Shown: positions 11,978-25,397 of the stretch, piece after piece
Layout: each line of letters begins with the position of its first letter
How positions within the stretch are numbered: position 1 is the first letter of the stretch
Source: Octopus sinensis
Lineage: Eukaryota
Length of the DNA stretch: 64,000 nucleotides
Reading direction: 5' to 3'
NCBI RefSeq assembly: GCF_006345805.1
Contig: NC_043004.1
Location: 78,926,001-78,990,000 of the forward strand
Notes under the pieces: generated by a model
Told to the model about the DNA's origin: nothing
What the model saw: only the letters and a program-made list of their open reading frames with translations
Database searches by the model: none
Made by a program: the position numbers and the translations under genes

Positions 11978-12299
11978 GAGAGAGAGAGAAAGAGAGAGAA
12001 TTAAAATAAGGGGTTGAGAATGAGCGCACATGTTTTGTGGCAGGCAATGAGCAAAGGAACGCTATAGATACACACGCGCGCGCGTGCAATGAGAGAGAAA
12101 GCATCATAGAGACGGCTGTGAGTAACCTGGCAATGGACTGGCATCCCGTTCAGTGGGGAGTATTATGATTTTGGTCAATAATGTTCCGAAGAAACCGAGC
12201 ATCGGCCCAGTGAGTCCCAGTACACGCGACAATTCTTACGATACTTTTGCATGAAATTGATTTCAACGTTTAGATTTCACTTAGGTGACTTTCGAAAAA

Positions 12300-12745
12300 A
12301 GTAGTTTGTCCTCCATAAATTTCTGGACTTTTTTGTCTCAATAGTATGGTCAGTGTATATGGCGAAGTCCCAGAAGATCTTGTAATTCTCATTTTCAATC
12401 ACAGCCTTTGGTTCGTGTTCAAATAATTTTTCCGTTGTTTTCAAGTTACACTCTTGGCACCCGTTTTCCTACACAGTCATGTCTGCGCTTATACTCATTT
12501 AGTGCTAGTATACTGCACTCATTCATAAGGTGATTGTTACTCTCGTCTCCTTTCCTCCAAACCGACATTTTCTGTCTGATTGAGTTTTGTCGATTTTTGC
12601 CTTTATAAGATTTGCTGTTAGGGTTTGTTCCTGAGTGGCTGTAATTAGCGTTTCAGTTTCTCGTTTTAAGTTCCCGCCCGTCTACAAAAGGCTGCGATCT
12701 TCCGAGATTCTCGGTTTGCTGTATTAATTGGCCATGTAGTTCCAG
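12300..12745 (-). mobile_element. Old degenerate R4/Dong-clade LINE fragment
   Basis: Minus strand gives LHGQ, LKRETETLITATQEQ, KAKIDKTQSDRKCR, NHLMNEC, YKRRHD, IENENYKIFWDFAIYTDH with frameshifts. Confidence 0.75.
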
Positions 12746-13098
12746 TTCTCGTGAATTTCGCTTGGGCCAATTTCGAAATAACTATTAAAGTGATTTTGAT
12801 AGATTGGAATCCTGTTTCTTTACATGAATTTTTCACAGGGCTGTCGTTCCGGCTCTAAAACATAAAAGTGAAGAATTTTGTTCTTTGCGTGTTTAAATAT
12901 ACCGTATTTACTCGTGTAAATACGGTATATTTGAATATATTGAATACGTTAAAACGACTTGGAGCAAATGGAGGCCAATATCTTTTATCTTTTACTTGTT
13001 TCAGTCATTGGACTGTGGCCTGCTGGGGCACCGCCTTAAGGGGTTTAGTCGATCAAATCATCCCATTTTTACGTATTTAAATATACCTATTTCTTTAC

Positions 13099-14573
13099 GC
13101 AGACGCAGACCGGCGTTAGGCCATCACGAAGCACAACCGATATGATCTTCACGCTGCGACAGCTACAAGAAAAATGTCGTGAGCAACACCAACCGCTCTA
13201 TTTGGCCTTTATCGACCTATCCAAAGCCTTTGATCGTGTCTCGCGAGAGCTCCTCTGGGATATTCTCTCCCAGTATGGATGCCCAGATAAGTTCATCCGG
13301 ATCCTCAAACTCCTCCACGACAATATGCACGCCAGAGTCCAGACCGACAGAGGCAGTTCTGAGCCCTTTAAAGTCACCTCCGGAGTGAAGCAAGGCTGCG
13401 TGATAGCGCCAACTCTCTTTACCATCTTTATCGCGACAGTGTTGCACATCATACGAGATGACCTTCCACCTGGCATCGAGATCTCGTACAGAATGGACGG
13501 CAAGCTTTTCAACCTCGCTCGCCTCAAAACTACGTCAAAGACAATGGCGCGAAGCTTGCTAGAGTTCCAATATGCCGACGACAACAGTGTAGCAGCTTAC
13601 AGAGAGTATCACCTCCAACAGATCCTAAATGCTTTTCATCATGCATATATTAAACTTGGACTGAGCATCAACATCAAGAAGACTCACTTACTCTACCAAC
13701 CTCCTCCCAATGCCCGTGTTGACAACCCGCCATCGATTCAACCTGAAGGAATTCCACTGAAAAATGTGAACCATTTCTGCTACCTTGGGAGCCATCTGTC
13801 AGCAAAGGTAGACCTCAGTGATGAAATCCAACACCGTCTGAAGTGTGCAGGAACAGCTTTCGACAAGCTTCGAACAAGAGTTTTTGCTGATCGGGACATC
13901 CGAACCGAAACCAAACTCATGGTGTACAGGGCAGTCATTATTCCAACCTTCCTTTACGCATCCGAAACCTGGACCCCGTATAGTCACCACCTGAAAACGC
14001 TCGAGAAATTTCACCAACGCTGTCTTCGGAAGATCCTTAACATCAACTGGGAAGACAGAAGAACAAACGTCAGCGTGCTACAAGAAGCAAAAATGACCAA
14101 CATCGAAGCCTATGTCATCAAAGGCCAACTAAGATGGAGCGGCCACGTGGTTAGAATGACTGACGAACGACTTCCCAAACAGATCTTCTACTCCCAACTC
14201 AAAGACTGCAATCGTACAAAAGGAGGCCAGAAGAAACGCTACAAGGACTCCCTGAAAACGAACCTCAAAAAGTGTGACATCTACTTCACTAACTGGGAGG
14301 AAACGGCAAAAAACAGACCACCCTGGAAAACCACCATCCATGAGGGAACGGCGACTTTCGAGTCGAAAAGGTCTGCAGAGTTGGAGGAGAAAAGACGACG
14401 ACGGAAGGAGCGCCAACAACAACCACGTGCGACTCTCCCTTCCGGCACTAGATGTCCGCACTGCGACCGATCTTTTCAAGCAAGAATTGGTCTTATCGGT
14501 CACCTACGGACTCACCAGTAAATTTGCGCGAAGACCATCATCCTCGACCTTGAGGGATTGCCATCATCATCAT
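13099..14573 (+). mobile_element. 5'-truncated RTE-clade LINE
   Basis: RT motifs DLSKAFDRV, GVKQGCVIAPTLF, QYADD, YLGS; LRWSGHVVRM; short 3' UTR ending in (CAT)n. Confidence 0.95.
13142..14521 (+). CDS. RTE reverse transcriptase C-terminal part (459 aa; ATG is internal, frame open from 13100), ends in C2H2-like CPHC...HLRTH
   Basis: Uninterrupted ORF; upstream in-frame QTQTGVRPSRSTTDM; no endonuclease domain. Confidence 0.9.
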   Translation: MIFTLRQLQEKCREQHQPLYLAFIDLSKAFDRVSRELLWDILSQYGCPDKFIRILKLLHDNMHARVQTDRGSSEPFKVTSGVKQGCVIAPTLFTIFIATVLHIIRDDLPPGIEISYRMDGKLFNLARLKTTSKTMARSLLEFQYADDNSVAAYREYHLQQILNAFHHAYIKLGLSINIKKTHLLYQPPPNARVDNPPSIQPEGIPLKNVNHFCYLGSHLSAKVDLSDEIQHRLKCAGTAFDKLRTRVFADRDIRTETKLMVYRAVIIPTFLYASETWTPYSHHLKTLEKFHQRCLRKILNINWEDRRTNVSVLQEAKMTNIEAYVIKGQLRWSGHVVRMTDERLPKQIFYSQLKDCNRTKGGQKKRYKDSLKTNLKKCDIYFTNWEETAKNRPPWKTTIHEGTATFESKRSAELEEKRRRRKERQQQPRATLPSGTRCPHCDRSFQARIGLIGHLRTHQ

Positions 14574-15381
14574 CACAAGGGGCTAAACACAGGGAGGACA
14601 AACAAGGACAGACAAACGGATTAAGTCGATTATATCTACCTCAATGCGTAACTGGTACTTATTTAATCGACCCCGAAAGGATGAAAGGCAAAGTCGACCT
14701 CGACGGAATTCGAACTCAGAACGTAGCTGCAGACGAAATACCTCTTTCTTTACTGCCCACAAGGAGCTAAACACGGAATGGACAAACAAGGACAGACAAA
14801 CGGATACAAACGACGAAACATAAGTTGTTAGCAAAATGCAGTAATTTCGCTATTTTCTGTAATAACTATGCTTTTATATTTATCTGTTTGTATATAAGTC
14901 TATATAGAGGTAAACCTATGTCGGTCAGGGTTGACCATACATCTGCTCATGTATGTGCAGATGTATGCAAGAATTTTTGCAAAAGATTAGCAGTTGCAAA
15001 TAAATGCAAGTTTCCCCTCTCCACGCCACCGATGTTTATTCAAGAGACTGGCAGCTGACTTGGACCAATACAGCTTAACACACACAAACACACACACACG
15101 CATACAAACTCATATATACACATACAGATATATACATATATACATAAATAAGCACATGCATATATACACATTTACTGTAGATATTTATGTATATGTATCT
15201 ATGCATGTATACCTGTGTAGATATAGTTGTGTGTGTGTATATATATACATATTTACATGTATGTGTGCATGTATGTACATACATACATATATTTATCTAT
15301 ACATACCTACATTCATATATATATGTACATTTGCACACATACGTATGTGCATATGTGCTTATGTATAAATAATTCGTACTT

Positions 15382-15418
<37 letters not shown>

Positions 15419-15479
15419 TTGTTTGTGTGTGTGTGTGTGTGTGAGCGCGCGTGTGTGTATATGTATATATGTATGTATG

Positions 15480-15522
<43 letters not shown>

Positions 15523-15729
15523 TAATTTACGTATATATATGTCTGTGCCTGTATGTACGTGTATATTTATATGTGTGTGTTTGTGAGCATGTGAGGGTGT
15601 ATGCGTGCCTGTGTGTGTGTGTGTGTGTGTGTGTGCGTATGTATGTATCAATCTATGATGTATTAAGTATATGAGAAGCTATCAACGAAACAATAGTATG
15701 TTTACAAAACCCAATGTACAAACTAGTTT

Positions 15730-15761
<32 letters not shown>

Positions 15762-16555
15762 ATATATATATATGTTTGTCTTTATAGCGCGTATTAACAA
15801 ATAAAGTTGCCTGATGCATACAAACTGAAATAGCGTGAGAAGATCTATCTTTTCTTTTATACGAAAATAAAAACTTGTATGAATCAAATGTGCCGAAAAT
15901 ATTTAAGTCAATACCTCAAAAAAAAAAAAAATTCCAATGACGTCTGAAATGCTGAAAAGAACTCCCCCACATATGCAGAACAATTATATTTTTAGCATAA
16001 TTCGATGAAGATATAAATATTTACAATATATTTGCATAGAAGAAAGTGAATATATTTTTGTCGGAGGGTGGATATACGGATTAATGAGGACGAAAGAAAT
16101 CAGAAATTACCTTTGAGAGAATTCTACTCCTTTGAAAGTTCCACCCGTCAAACATATTCGTTTCTTTCTTCCTTTCTTTCTGTCCCCCTCTCTCTCCGAA
16201 AAGACCCGGACATAGAGCTAAATACACCCACACATACATGCATATGTGCGCGCACATGTAAGCACGCAGAGATACTTACAGATGTATGCATGCATGTACA
16301 TATATATATAGATGTATGTGTGGGTGTGTAATTACACGCACGCATACATACATACATACATAAACATACATACATACATACATAAAACATACATACATAC
16401 ATACATACATAAATACATACATACATATACACACATACATAGACATATACATATATTATATACATATATATATATATATATATATTATATATAGATATAT
16501 ATGTGTATGATATATATTGTACACACATACACACACACAAGTGTTTATATTATGC

Positions 16556-16760
16556 TTTCAAATTTTAGCACAAGGTCAACATTTTCGGGAGAGCTGTTTA
16601 GTTGATTGCATCGACCCCCAGAGTTCAACTGGAACTTATTTTATCGACCCTAAAAGGCCAAGTCGACCTTGGTGGAATTTGAACTCACAACGTGAAGACG
16701 GACAAAATACTGCTATGTATTGTGTTCGGCGTGCTACCGATTCTGCCAGCTTGCCGCCTT
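16556..16760 (-). mobile_element. SINE S1
   Basis: Homology to S1. Confidence 0.8.
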
Positions 16761-16902
16761 AAATGTTGTTTTGATATTACAAGCAGCAAATATATATTGG
16801 GTCATCCCATAAATAATACTGTTTCTTAAATACTTCTTTTATATCTCAAAATTAAGGTAAACAAAGTTCTTTTCTCATCTAAAATATACTCTCCTTCATT
16901 TT

Positions 16903-17002
16903 NNNNNNNNNNNNNNNNNNNNNNNNNNNNNNNNNNNNNNNNNNNNNNNNNNNNNNNNNNNNNNNNNNNNNNNNNNNNNNNNNNNNNNNNNNNNNNNNNN
17001 NN
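16903..17002. other. Assembly gap (100 N)
   Basis: Exactly 100 N; the two sides may not be contiguous. Confidence 1.
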
Positions 17003-17410
17003 CATATATATATATATATATACACCCATATATGCTCACAGATATACATATATGCATGTATGGATGTATGCATGCATGTATGTATGTATATACGTATGTA
17101 TGTCTTATTTTTGCAGTTTTTCAAGGTTTGTTTTTATTTCTGGGTGTGAAATTGAACCTAAGGAATGACGAAACTAAGAATCGCTATTGAACCAGATTCC
17201 ATGAAGAACAATGAATGTACGAAATGGCGAACGTGTCTGAAATTGATGTAAATAGAGTTTGAAAAATCTGTTGACACAGAAACGTAGGCGAACACAAACG
17301 AACGCACACACTCGAAGACGTACCTGTATGTATGTGCGTGGAGAGAGAAAGAGAAAGAGAGGGGAGAGAGAGAGAGAGGGAGACTAACAGAGAGACAGAT
17401 AGAGGATGAT

Positions 17411-17455
<45 letters not shown>

Positions 17456-17496
17456 ATAGAGAGACAGATAAATAGAGAGAGAGACAGACGGACAGT

Positions 17497-17588
<92 letters not shown>

Positions 17589-17619
17589 CAGATACATAGA
17601 TAGATAGATAGATATAGAC

Positions 17620-17670
<51 letters not shown>
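17411..17670. repeat. (AGAT)n microsatellite
   Basis: Direct reading. Confidence 0.95.
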
Positions 17671-18615
17671 ATGTTGAATTAATGTTAGTCTACTATGGCT
17701 TATCAAAATATATGTTTTGTCAATTTGAAATTTAAAACTCAAAATTCCAACCAAACGAACCTTCAAGAAATTTTCGTCTTTGAAACAAGGCGAATACAAA
17801 GATATGGAAATCTCAGAGCAAAAACGATTATTTTTTCTGCATGTACTTTTACCCTCTTAGTAGTTTCAGTTGTTGTTGTTGTTGTTGTTGGTACTTAACC
17901 CTAGGTCAACCCCGATGGCGCAGGCTAATCATGGAAAGCGTTCCAGCCAAAACATTTCCATCTGATTTTGAAACAGGTATCGAAGAAACATTTATGTAAC
18001 GCTAAATAATTCTGTAGCACCGAGTATATTGATACTAAAACATCAGTAATTTACATCATGTATGCTTTAAGCTTATATAAGACGCCGGAACTTCCATTAA
18101 AGGCGATTTAGCTGTTGTTTCTAACCGATTGCCTGAGACTTTTGAGGCCTCTCACTTATTCAATTGTACACCTGTTGATTTTGATGGTTGCCAAAACGGA
18201 AGCAAAAGAATAAAAGTTTATCAGAACACCACAATTGCTGTCGTTGTTTTGCTATCATTGGTGGTATGCATCGTAGCATAGCTAATGCTTATACCAGCCC
18301 TGACTGGTAAATCAATCCCAATCTCTTCTCAACAAACAAATCACAATAAATTACTATAAAGAATATGCTGTATACGGCGAATATTTTTTGCGTATATGTT
18401 ATTTCTGTTTGTCTGGATTAATCGTGGGGCGGACAGCGTATTTTGGGATGGTTTCGAAGTAGTGTTAGAGGTTGTTTGTTGGTGTATCTCAATGTATGCG
18501 CCAAACTGTGTATTCATCGTTTATCTTATATCTTTTGCTTGTTTCAGTCAGTAGACTGCGGCCATGCTGGGGCACCGCCTTGAAGAATTTTAGCCGAACG
18601 AATCGACTCCAGCAC

Positions 18616-18680
<65 letters not shown>

Positions 18681-18683
<3 letters not shown>

Positions 18684-19372
18684 CTGCTTATTTTGCTTGG
18701 TATGATGGAAAGTGTCAGCTGTCCACAGTCAGCAGACTAAGGTGACACTTATTTACTGGTCATGCTTCAAGATCCCTGCGAAGAATTCTTGCAGTTCCAA
18801 GCAATGCTGATTTTTGTTGGTGTTCTATATTCACACTTGCACCAATCATTTTGGTAGTTGAGTGCTGATACTTCCAAGCAAACCAGTTACTATTGGTATC
18901 ATGTCTACTCTCTTCATATTTCCCACTTCAAATCTTCATACCTGTTTATTTTTTCTTCTTCTTTCACATTGATCCTATTATCACCGGGGCCTGCTATGTC
19001 GATTATCATACATGTTCTTTCGGTTTTATTCACCACAACAATGTCCAGTTGCCGATGTCTGGTCAGGTGATCACATCTGATCATTGCATCCCACAGGATT
19101 TTGCAATTCTCATTTTCGGTGACTCCTTCTGAATTTTGTTCATATAACGTCTTTGCTCTTTGTAGGCCGTGATTTCTACAGAGATCCCAGGAGATCATTC
19201 TTGCCTCATTGTCATGGCATCGTCCGGATTTGCCTTGTGCCAATTTCGGGCATTCGCTAACGATATGCCATACCATTTCACCGTTCTCACCACACATTCT
19301 GCATTTGCCGCTGTTGGTAGTGTTATCTATTCTTCACTTCATATAATTGGTCCTTAGCGCTTGTTCTTGGGA
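18681..19372 (-). mobile_element. 5'-truncated R4/Dong-clade LINE, subfamily D
   Basis: QEQALRTNY, KCRMCGENGEMVWHIVSEC (CCHC), ILWDAMIRCDH...DIVVVNK...IIDIAGPGD...YEDLKWEI, QQKSALLGTARILRRDLEA*; (TTA)n on both sides. Confidence 0.9.
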
Positions 19373-19373
19373 A

Positions 19374-19432
<59 letters not shown>

Positions 19433-19442
19433 TATTATTATT

Positions 19443-20027
19443 CAGTAGTTTTATTTTTATAGCGTGCTTTCACTTCACTACCGAGCGCAGCTCTGTGTGC
19501 CTTGGGTATGTGCTGTGATTTGTTGTGATGCTCTGATGGTTATTGTATGGAAAGTGTTCTGCGTAGGATGTGTGCAGTGCCTAGTAGTGCAATTTTCTGT
19601 ATGTTATATGTGTTTGTAAGTCCTGGTGTTTTTGTTATGTATTGTCTGAATATTTTTTTATCATGCCTAATGCACCTACTATGATAGGAATTGTTTCTGT
19701 TTTCAGGTTCCACATTCTAGTTACCTCTATTTCCAGGTCTTTGTATTTTGAGAGTTTCTCCATTTCTTTTAGAGACACGTCGTCATCAGCCGGTATTGAT
19801 ACATCAATTAGAAAGCATTTTTTTTCTTCATGATCTCTGACAACTATATCTGGTCTGTTGGCCTTAATTTCTCTATCTGTGTGTATCGGCATATCCCAGA
19901 GTATGGTTGCTTTCTCGTTTTCTGTGACCTTTTCTGGTGTGTGCCTATACCATCTTTTTTCTGTTGTTATTCCATAATGTTGGCATAGCTTCCAATGTAT
20001 GTAGGTTCCAACTCTGTCATGTCTGTG
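19443..20027 (-). mobile_element. 5'-truncated R4/Dong-clade LINE, subfamily B
   Basis: RHDRVG...ILWDMPIHTDREIKANRPDIVV...LIDVSIP...EKLSKYKDL...IVGALG; 3' part equals 2215-2448. Confidence 0.9.
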
Positions 20028-20030
20028 ATT

Positions 20031-20123
<93 letters not shown>

Positions 20124-20124
20124 T

Positions 20125-20340
20125 AAGGTGGTGAGCTGGCATACTCGTTAATACGCCGGGCTAAATGCTTAGCAGTATTTCGCCCGTCGCTATGTTCTGA
20201 GTTCAAATTCCACCGAGATCGATTTGACTTCCATCATTTCAGGGTTGATAAATTAAGTATCAGTTGAACACTGGAATCGATGTAATTGGCACACCCCCTC
20301 CCGCCAAAATGTCTCTCCTTGTGACAAAAATTTGAAACCA
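20125..20340 (+). mobile_element. SINE S1 within (TTA)n
   Basis: Homology to S1. Confidence 0.8.
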
Positions 20341-20357
20341 CTATTATTTTTTTAGAC

Positions 20358-20404
<47 letters not shown>

Positions 20405-20405
<1 letters not shown>

Positions 20406-20724
20406 GTTTGACTTTTGCTTTGTATTTGTACAAGTTGACTCCAAGTCTCACCCAGAGACCTCATGAGACAACAAGTTAGAAGTTCAAGTTGGTGTTATGA
20501 CTAGGGTGTCAAATATTTGGTTTTGCACTAAGTATTGTTCTAGAGAATGTCTGTGAAAACAAGAAAATTAGAAGATTGTTTTAAAAGTAATTTGATTATA
20601 AGATGCTGGTGTTGTGTTAAGACGACAGTAAAAGGTGTTTGCTATTATGTACACTTAAAAGTTCTTTTGACAATGTTTACAGATTAAAATGTTTGGGAAT
20701 TACATAGGCAAAGTTTTTCGTAGG

Positions 20725-20726
<2 letters not shown>
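20405..20726 (-). mobile_element. R4/Dong-clade subfamily A 3' end
   Basis: ILRKTLPM* + UTR matching 2035-2062 and 940-1006; (TTA)n on both sides. Confidence 0.85.
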
Positions 20727-20793
<67 letters not shown>

Positions 20794-21267
20794 CATTACC
20801 CATCGCGTGTAAACGAAAGCAGGGTATTGTAATCACTCGTCTTTGTCTGTTTGCCTGTGTGTTTGCAAAATTACTGGAAAAAGGCTGAATGGATTTTCAC
20901 CAAATTTGGCAGAAATACCCATTGGGTGTGTGACTGGAAATGATGAAAATTTGGTTTGATTATCTTCAAGCATACATAAATATATACATAGATATGTGAC
21001 TGTATGTGTGTGTGTGTGTGTACAGTGATGGATTCTAGGGTTTCGTTTATTTACGAATTGATTTCTTAATTTCACCGGAATATTAATACTTATAATGGTG
21101 ATACTTAAAAAGAAACAAAACTCTAACGCAGTTCAATTATAAAGCATGGATAAGCAACACATTCTAAGCCACACAATGATTTGCGAAAAAAATTATCTAG
21201 ACGCAGGGCATGCGTTATCATCATCATCATCATCATCATCATCATTATTATTATTATCATTTGTAAA

Positions 21268-21557
21268 ACCTGCCACTACGGGTCTCTTTTGTCGAACCTC
21301 TAAGTTATAAGGGCGTAAAGAGACCAACTCCGATTGTGAAGCAGTGGTGGGGCCAAATGCAGACACAAAGTTACATACACACAAATAAATATACCATGGG
21401 CTTCTTTCAGTTTCCGCTTACCAGATTCACTCACAAGACTTTGCCCAGTCCAAGGCTATAGTAGAAGGCACTTGTCCAAGGTGCCAGGCAGTGGGAATGA
21501 ACCCGGAACCATGTGGTTAGGAGGCAAACTTCTTACCACACAGCCACGCCTGCGCCT
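21268..21557 (-). mobile_element. SINE S2 (tail degraded)
   Basis: Homology to S2. Confidence 0.8.
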
Positions 21558-22089
21558 ATAGTAAAATAAACTGGTAAGGGTTGAGCTTATCTACTTTATT
21601 AAACAGTTCTCTTCCAACGTCCGGCTAGACTTTTTATCTCATCCTGTGACTGATCTGTTTGTTTGATCAATCACATGGCATCTCGCGAAAATGCAAAGTG
21701 AGTCGTATTCATAATTGTTTTCTGAGAGTAAGTTCAATTCGAGAAAAAAATCTATGATCAAACTTGTTCCAGTCATGAGCGTACAGTCTTCAATAGAAAT
21801 AAAGTGCTATAATTTGAGATAGATATGTCTACTATTTCTAGCAGGCGAAATAACAACGTAGACGTTCTGTCATCGTCTCGTATATTCCTTGTAAGAGTTT
21901 GTGCCTTCATAGAATGTATTGTTTTTTCTCCATTATTAACTATGTCTGTGTTTGTGAAATGAGAAAGCTGTGACGGCTCTAAATACATTTGTGCGTTGTT
22001 TTCAATATTGAATGCAGATCCATGTACGTAACTCCTTATATTGTCCTCTCTCTCTTTCTCTTCCCCCCTCTCTCTCGCTCTCTTCGTTC

Positions 22090-22600
22090 GCTGGGATATG
22101 TTTGGTTATTGACTATAACCAAAATCTCCTGTTTTTGCTGTTGTTAGTAAGAAACAAAACGTTGACTTTGTGATGGGGGCTGCTTCAAACCCGTTTTTAT
22201 AATAAAGTTTCAAGTAGATTGATGTAAAGATGAGTTATTCCGAAGACGTCTCACTAAAAGTAGAAATATGTGAATTCTATGTCTTTTGCATACGAGACTG
22301 TATGCGAGGAGAAGAGATTGTCGTAGATGTGTATGTTAAAAAGAATATAGGAAAGAACAGATCCTTGTGGTACACCAGTTACTGAACTAATAAAATCTGG
22401 ATGTGTTGTTGCTGCATATTATCTAAGTTTGATAACTAAAGAGACACTTTACTACCTGGAGTTTTCTGCTGCTTCTTTAAGAAGTTGTTATAAGTGATTA
22501 GTGGACAATGGAGTGGAAACTTTTACTGACGTTGATGTTAATCAGGATGTTGTGTGGGGTGGATGTGAAGTCGTCGCGTATATTTTGTGTCGCAAGGGCT
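22090..22600 (-). mobile_element. Highly degenerate LINE reverse transcriptase remnant
   Basis: TGVPQGSVLSYILFNI (22340-22378), DVSKSFHSIVH and SYAKDI resemble RT motifs. Confidence 0.55.
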
Positions 22601-23565
22601 GTGATTAGAATGGTGGATGTGTATAACGGTCGGGATCCATGTTACGTATTGAAGAGTGAATACGTGGGTTGGTAATATCTATATTGAATCTTTCTGGATA
22701 TTTTAAAAGTGTCATAGGATGTGGTGGTGGTGGTGGTGTGTGTGTGTGTGTGCATGTGTGTATGTACGCAGAAGTGTCGTTTGTGTTGTAGAGGTGCAAC
22801 TGAAAACTTTGTTTCCATGCAATTGTTGTTGTTGTTTAGTCAGGCCTGTGGTCAAAAGCGATCGTTCAATCCGTGAGCATTTTGTCATTTTATAGTAATC
22901 AAGGATTACATTTTGCTTAAATGACCTTTCTTTAATAACACCACTCATTAAATATTATTATTTCTTACGATATATTCCTTTCTAACAGTTTTAGTGTAGG
23001 TTACAGCTAACATATATTAAATATATTAGCCATAACCTACATGTTAAATTCATGATTTTGATGTAATATTTTTAACAAATATGACTGAATAAGCAGGTGG
23101 ATTATCATGCTGGTTGTGTGCATCTGTCTGGAATTACTAGTCTATTTTACAAAGAAATATGTTATGACAGACGGTGAAACTTATGTTTTAGTGATTTATG
23201 TGTGGTCTAAAAATGTGACAAGTGAAACAAACCCACGTCATTATATCACAACTTCCAAATGGTTTTATCGTTTGTAGGCAATCTTCGTTGAATTATTTTC
23301 TTTATGGTTTTCTTAGACATCTATCATGGCCAGTCGAAAGTAAGAAGGGTTTAATTCATCTTGGTTCATCGCATTTTTTAAGAAACTGCCTTCTTTTTCC
23401 TTGTTTATTCTCCTCACCCGAAATTGTGTAATGTGGGCAACGTTCTTTATTTGTTGTCTATGACTGAAGCTGAGAGACACAAGGCCTACATTTTAGTGAA
23501 GTTTTCTCTGAAATATTCTAAAAGTGTGTTTACGGACATCTATTCTGTTGTATGTGAGGGCTCTT

Positions 23566-23862
23566 GGCCTAGTGGTTAGGGTGTTGCACCCACGATCGTA
23601 AGATTGTGGTTTCAATTCCTAGACCGGGTGGTACGTTGTGTTCTTGAGCAAAACATTTCATGCCACATTGCTCTGCGATCGCGTTGATACCCGACGCGTG
23701 GTAGATCGTTCACCTGTTCAGGAAACATTGATTTGATGCAAGGGGTGAGCTAAAGTACAACACACACGTTTGATCATTATTAACAAATCATTTGTGCAGA
23801 TAATTCGGCAAAAAGCTGAACACTCACACGCCATCTTCGACGGGAAAGACCATCATCATCCC
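23566..23862 (+). mobile_element. tRNA-headed SINE of another family
   Basis: ggcctagtggttaggg (A box), ggtttcaattcc (B box), ttgtgttcttgagcaaaaca shared with 38567-38811 and 41660-41858. Confidence 0.7.
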
Positions 23863-24006
23863 ACGATATATATATATATATTATATATAATATATATATA
23901 TATATATTATATATATATACACATATATATATATACATATATATATACATATATATATATACATATATATACATATACAGATATATATATACATATATAT
24001 ATATAC

Positions 24007-24052
<46 letters not shown>

Positions 24053-24078
24053 GTATATATATATATGTATATATATAT

Positions 24079-24112
<34 letters not shown>

Positions 24113-24216
24113 CAGCTGAGAAATATATTCCTCTAATGCTGTTGGTGGCGTTTCGGAGTATTTATAGCAACATACATTATTCTACATAGCATCACTTCAC
24201 AGAGAGATTGAAGTCT

Positions 24217-24248
<32 letters not shown>

Positions 24249-25245
24249 AGATATGAATATCTCCTTTGAAGAGAAAACTTATATCTTATTTATTTCAAGT
24301 TATGATATCTCGACTAAACATTTACCCTTGGTCTCCGGAGTCTGAGAGAAGACATTCTCTCATATAAGTGATATTCCATTCTATTTCCCAGTTATGATAT
24401 TCTGTAAGCAACCATCATTTATCATAGATATTCTTCGCATTATTTATATCGCTATACCGTTTCTAGATTTCTTCAATGTATATAACATACAATAATGAAC
24501 CTCCTTCACCGAAATCTTTTCTCCTTTTGTTGGCCTCAAATGCCAATATCATTGCATGACTGCCTCTTCCGTTCTGGTTTCACTGCAGTCAGATTTTGAA
24601 CAATTTTAAAGTTATAAAACCTCAAATAACCATCGCATGTGATGGCTAGGGTTTCGGCATTTGTACGATTCATAGGTTTTCACATTAACAAACGACAGTC
24701 AAGTCTAAATTGATTCACTTCAACAAACATATGCCAATCGTTCTCTTTTTTCCCCATTTAATTGCGGTTTAATATTGCAAACTTCATAATCGTTATTGCA
24801 GCTATTTGTGACTGAGATATGGCACAACTTTAATACAATCCCTACGATAATATATTCCCTAATCTTATTTTAAACTTTGCAATCACTAACTCTTCACTTT
24901 TTATCCATTTTTTCGGTGACGCTATAAAGTACAAAATCTTTGTACTTTATCGTTAAGTAATGGCGTACATATGGACAGAAGAAGGCATCAAAGTCGAAGT
25001 AAATTATTTTATATAAATTGTATTTTCCGTTCTTGTTCTTAAATTCGTTGATCAGCTTTTTCATTTCAAAGAATTCTAAAACTTGTAAATCATTCTAAAT
25101 CAACTCAGATTGGAATATTATACAAGAGGGGTAGAAAGATCGCATGGGAATTTAAACTAAATTCTAGAAATGAGAGAGGCCTCAACAAATGTGAATATAA
25201 TTTGCACCATTTGAGTTCCAATATATAATCCGGAATATCATTATT

Positions 25246-25397
25246 CAGGTGTGGCTGTGTGGTAGTTTGCTTCCCAGCCGCATGGTTCCTGGTTCAGTCC
25301 CACAACATGGAACCTTGGGCAAGTGTCTTCTATTATAACCATAGGCTGACCTTGTGAGTGGATTTGGCAAATGGAAACTGAAACGAGTCCGTCGTGT
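25246..25397 (+). mobile_element. SINE S2 head half
   Basis: Homology to S2. Confidence 0.75.

Larger units (their letters stand above)
13082..14805 (-). mobile_element. SINE S1 split by the RTE insertion (13082-13098 + 14574-14730) plus an extra S1 tail (14735-14805)
   Basis: atacctatttctttac | RTE | cacaaggggctaaacac reconstitutes the S1 tail minus about 4 nt. Confidence 0.85.

Noticed and set aside
15075-15674. Many long ORFs of YI/CV/HT/poly-I/poly-Y type across the window
   Set aside because: Translations of (TA)n, (CA)n, (TATG)n and (AAT)n microsatellites; no coding signal
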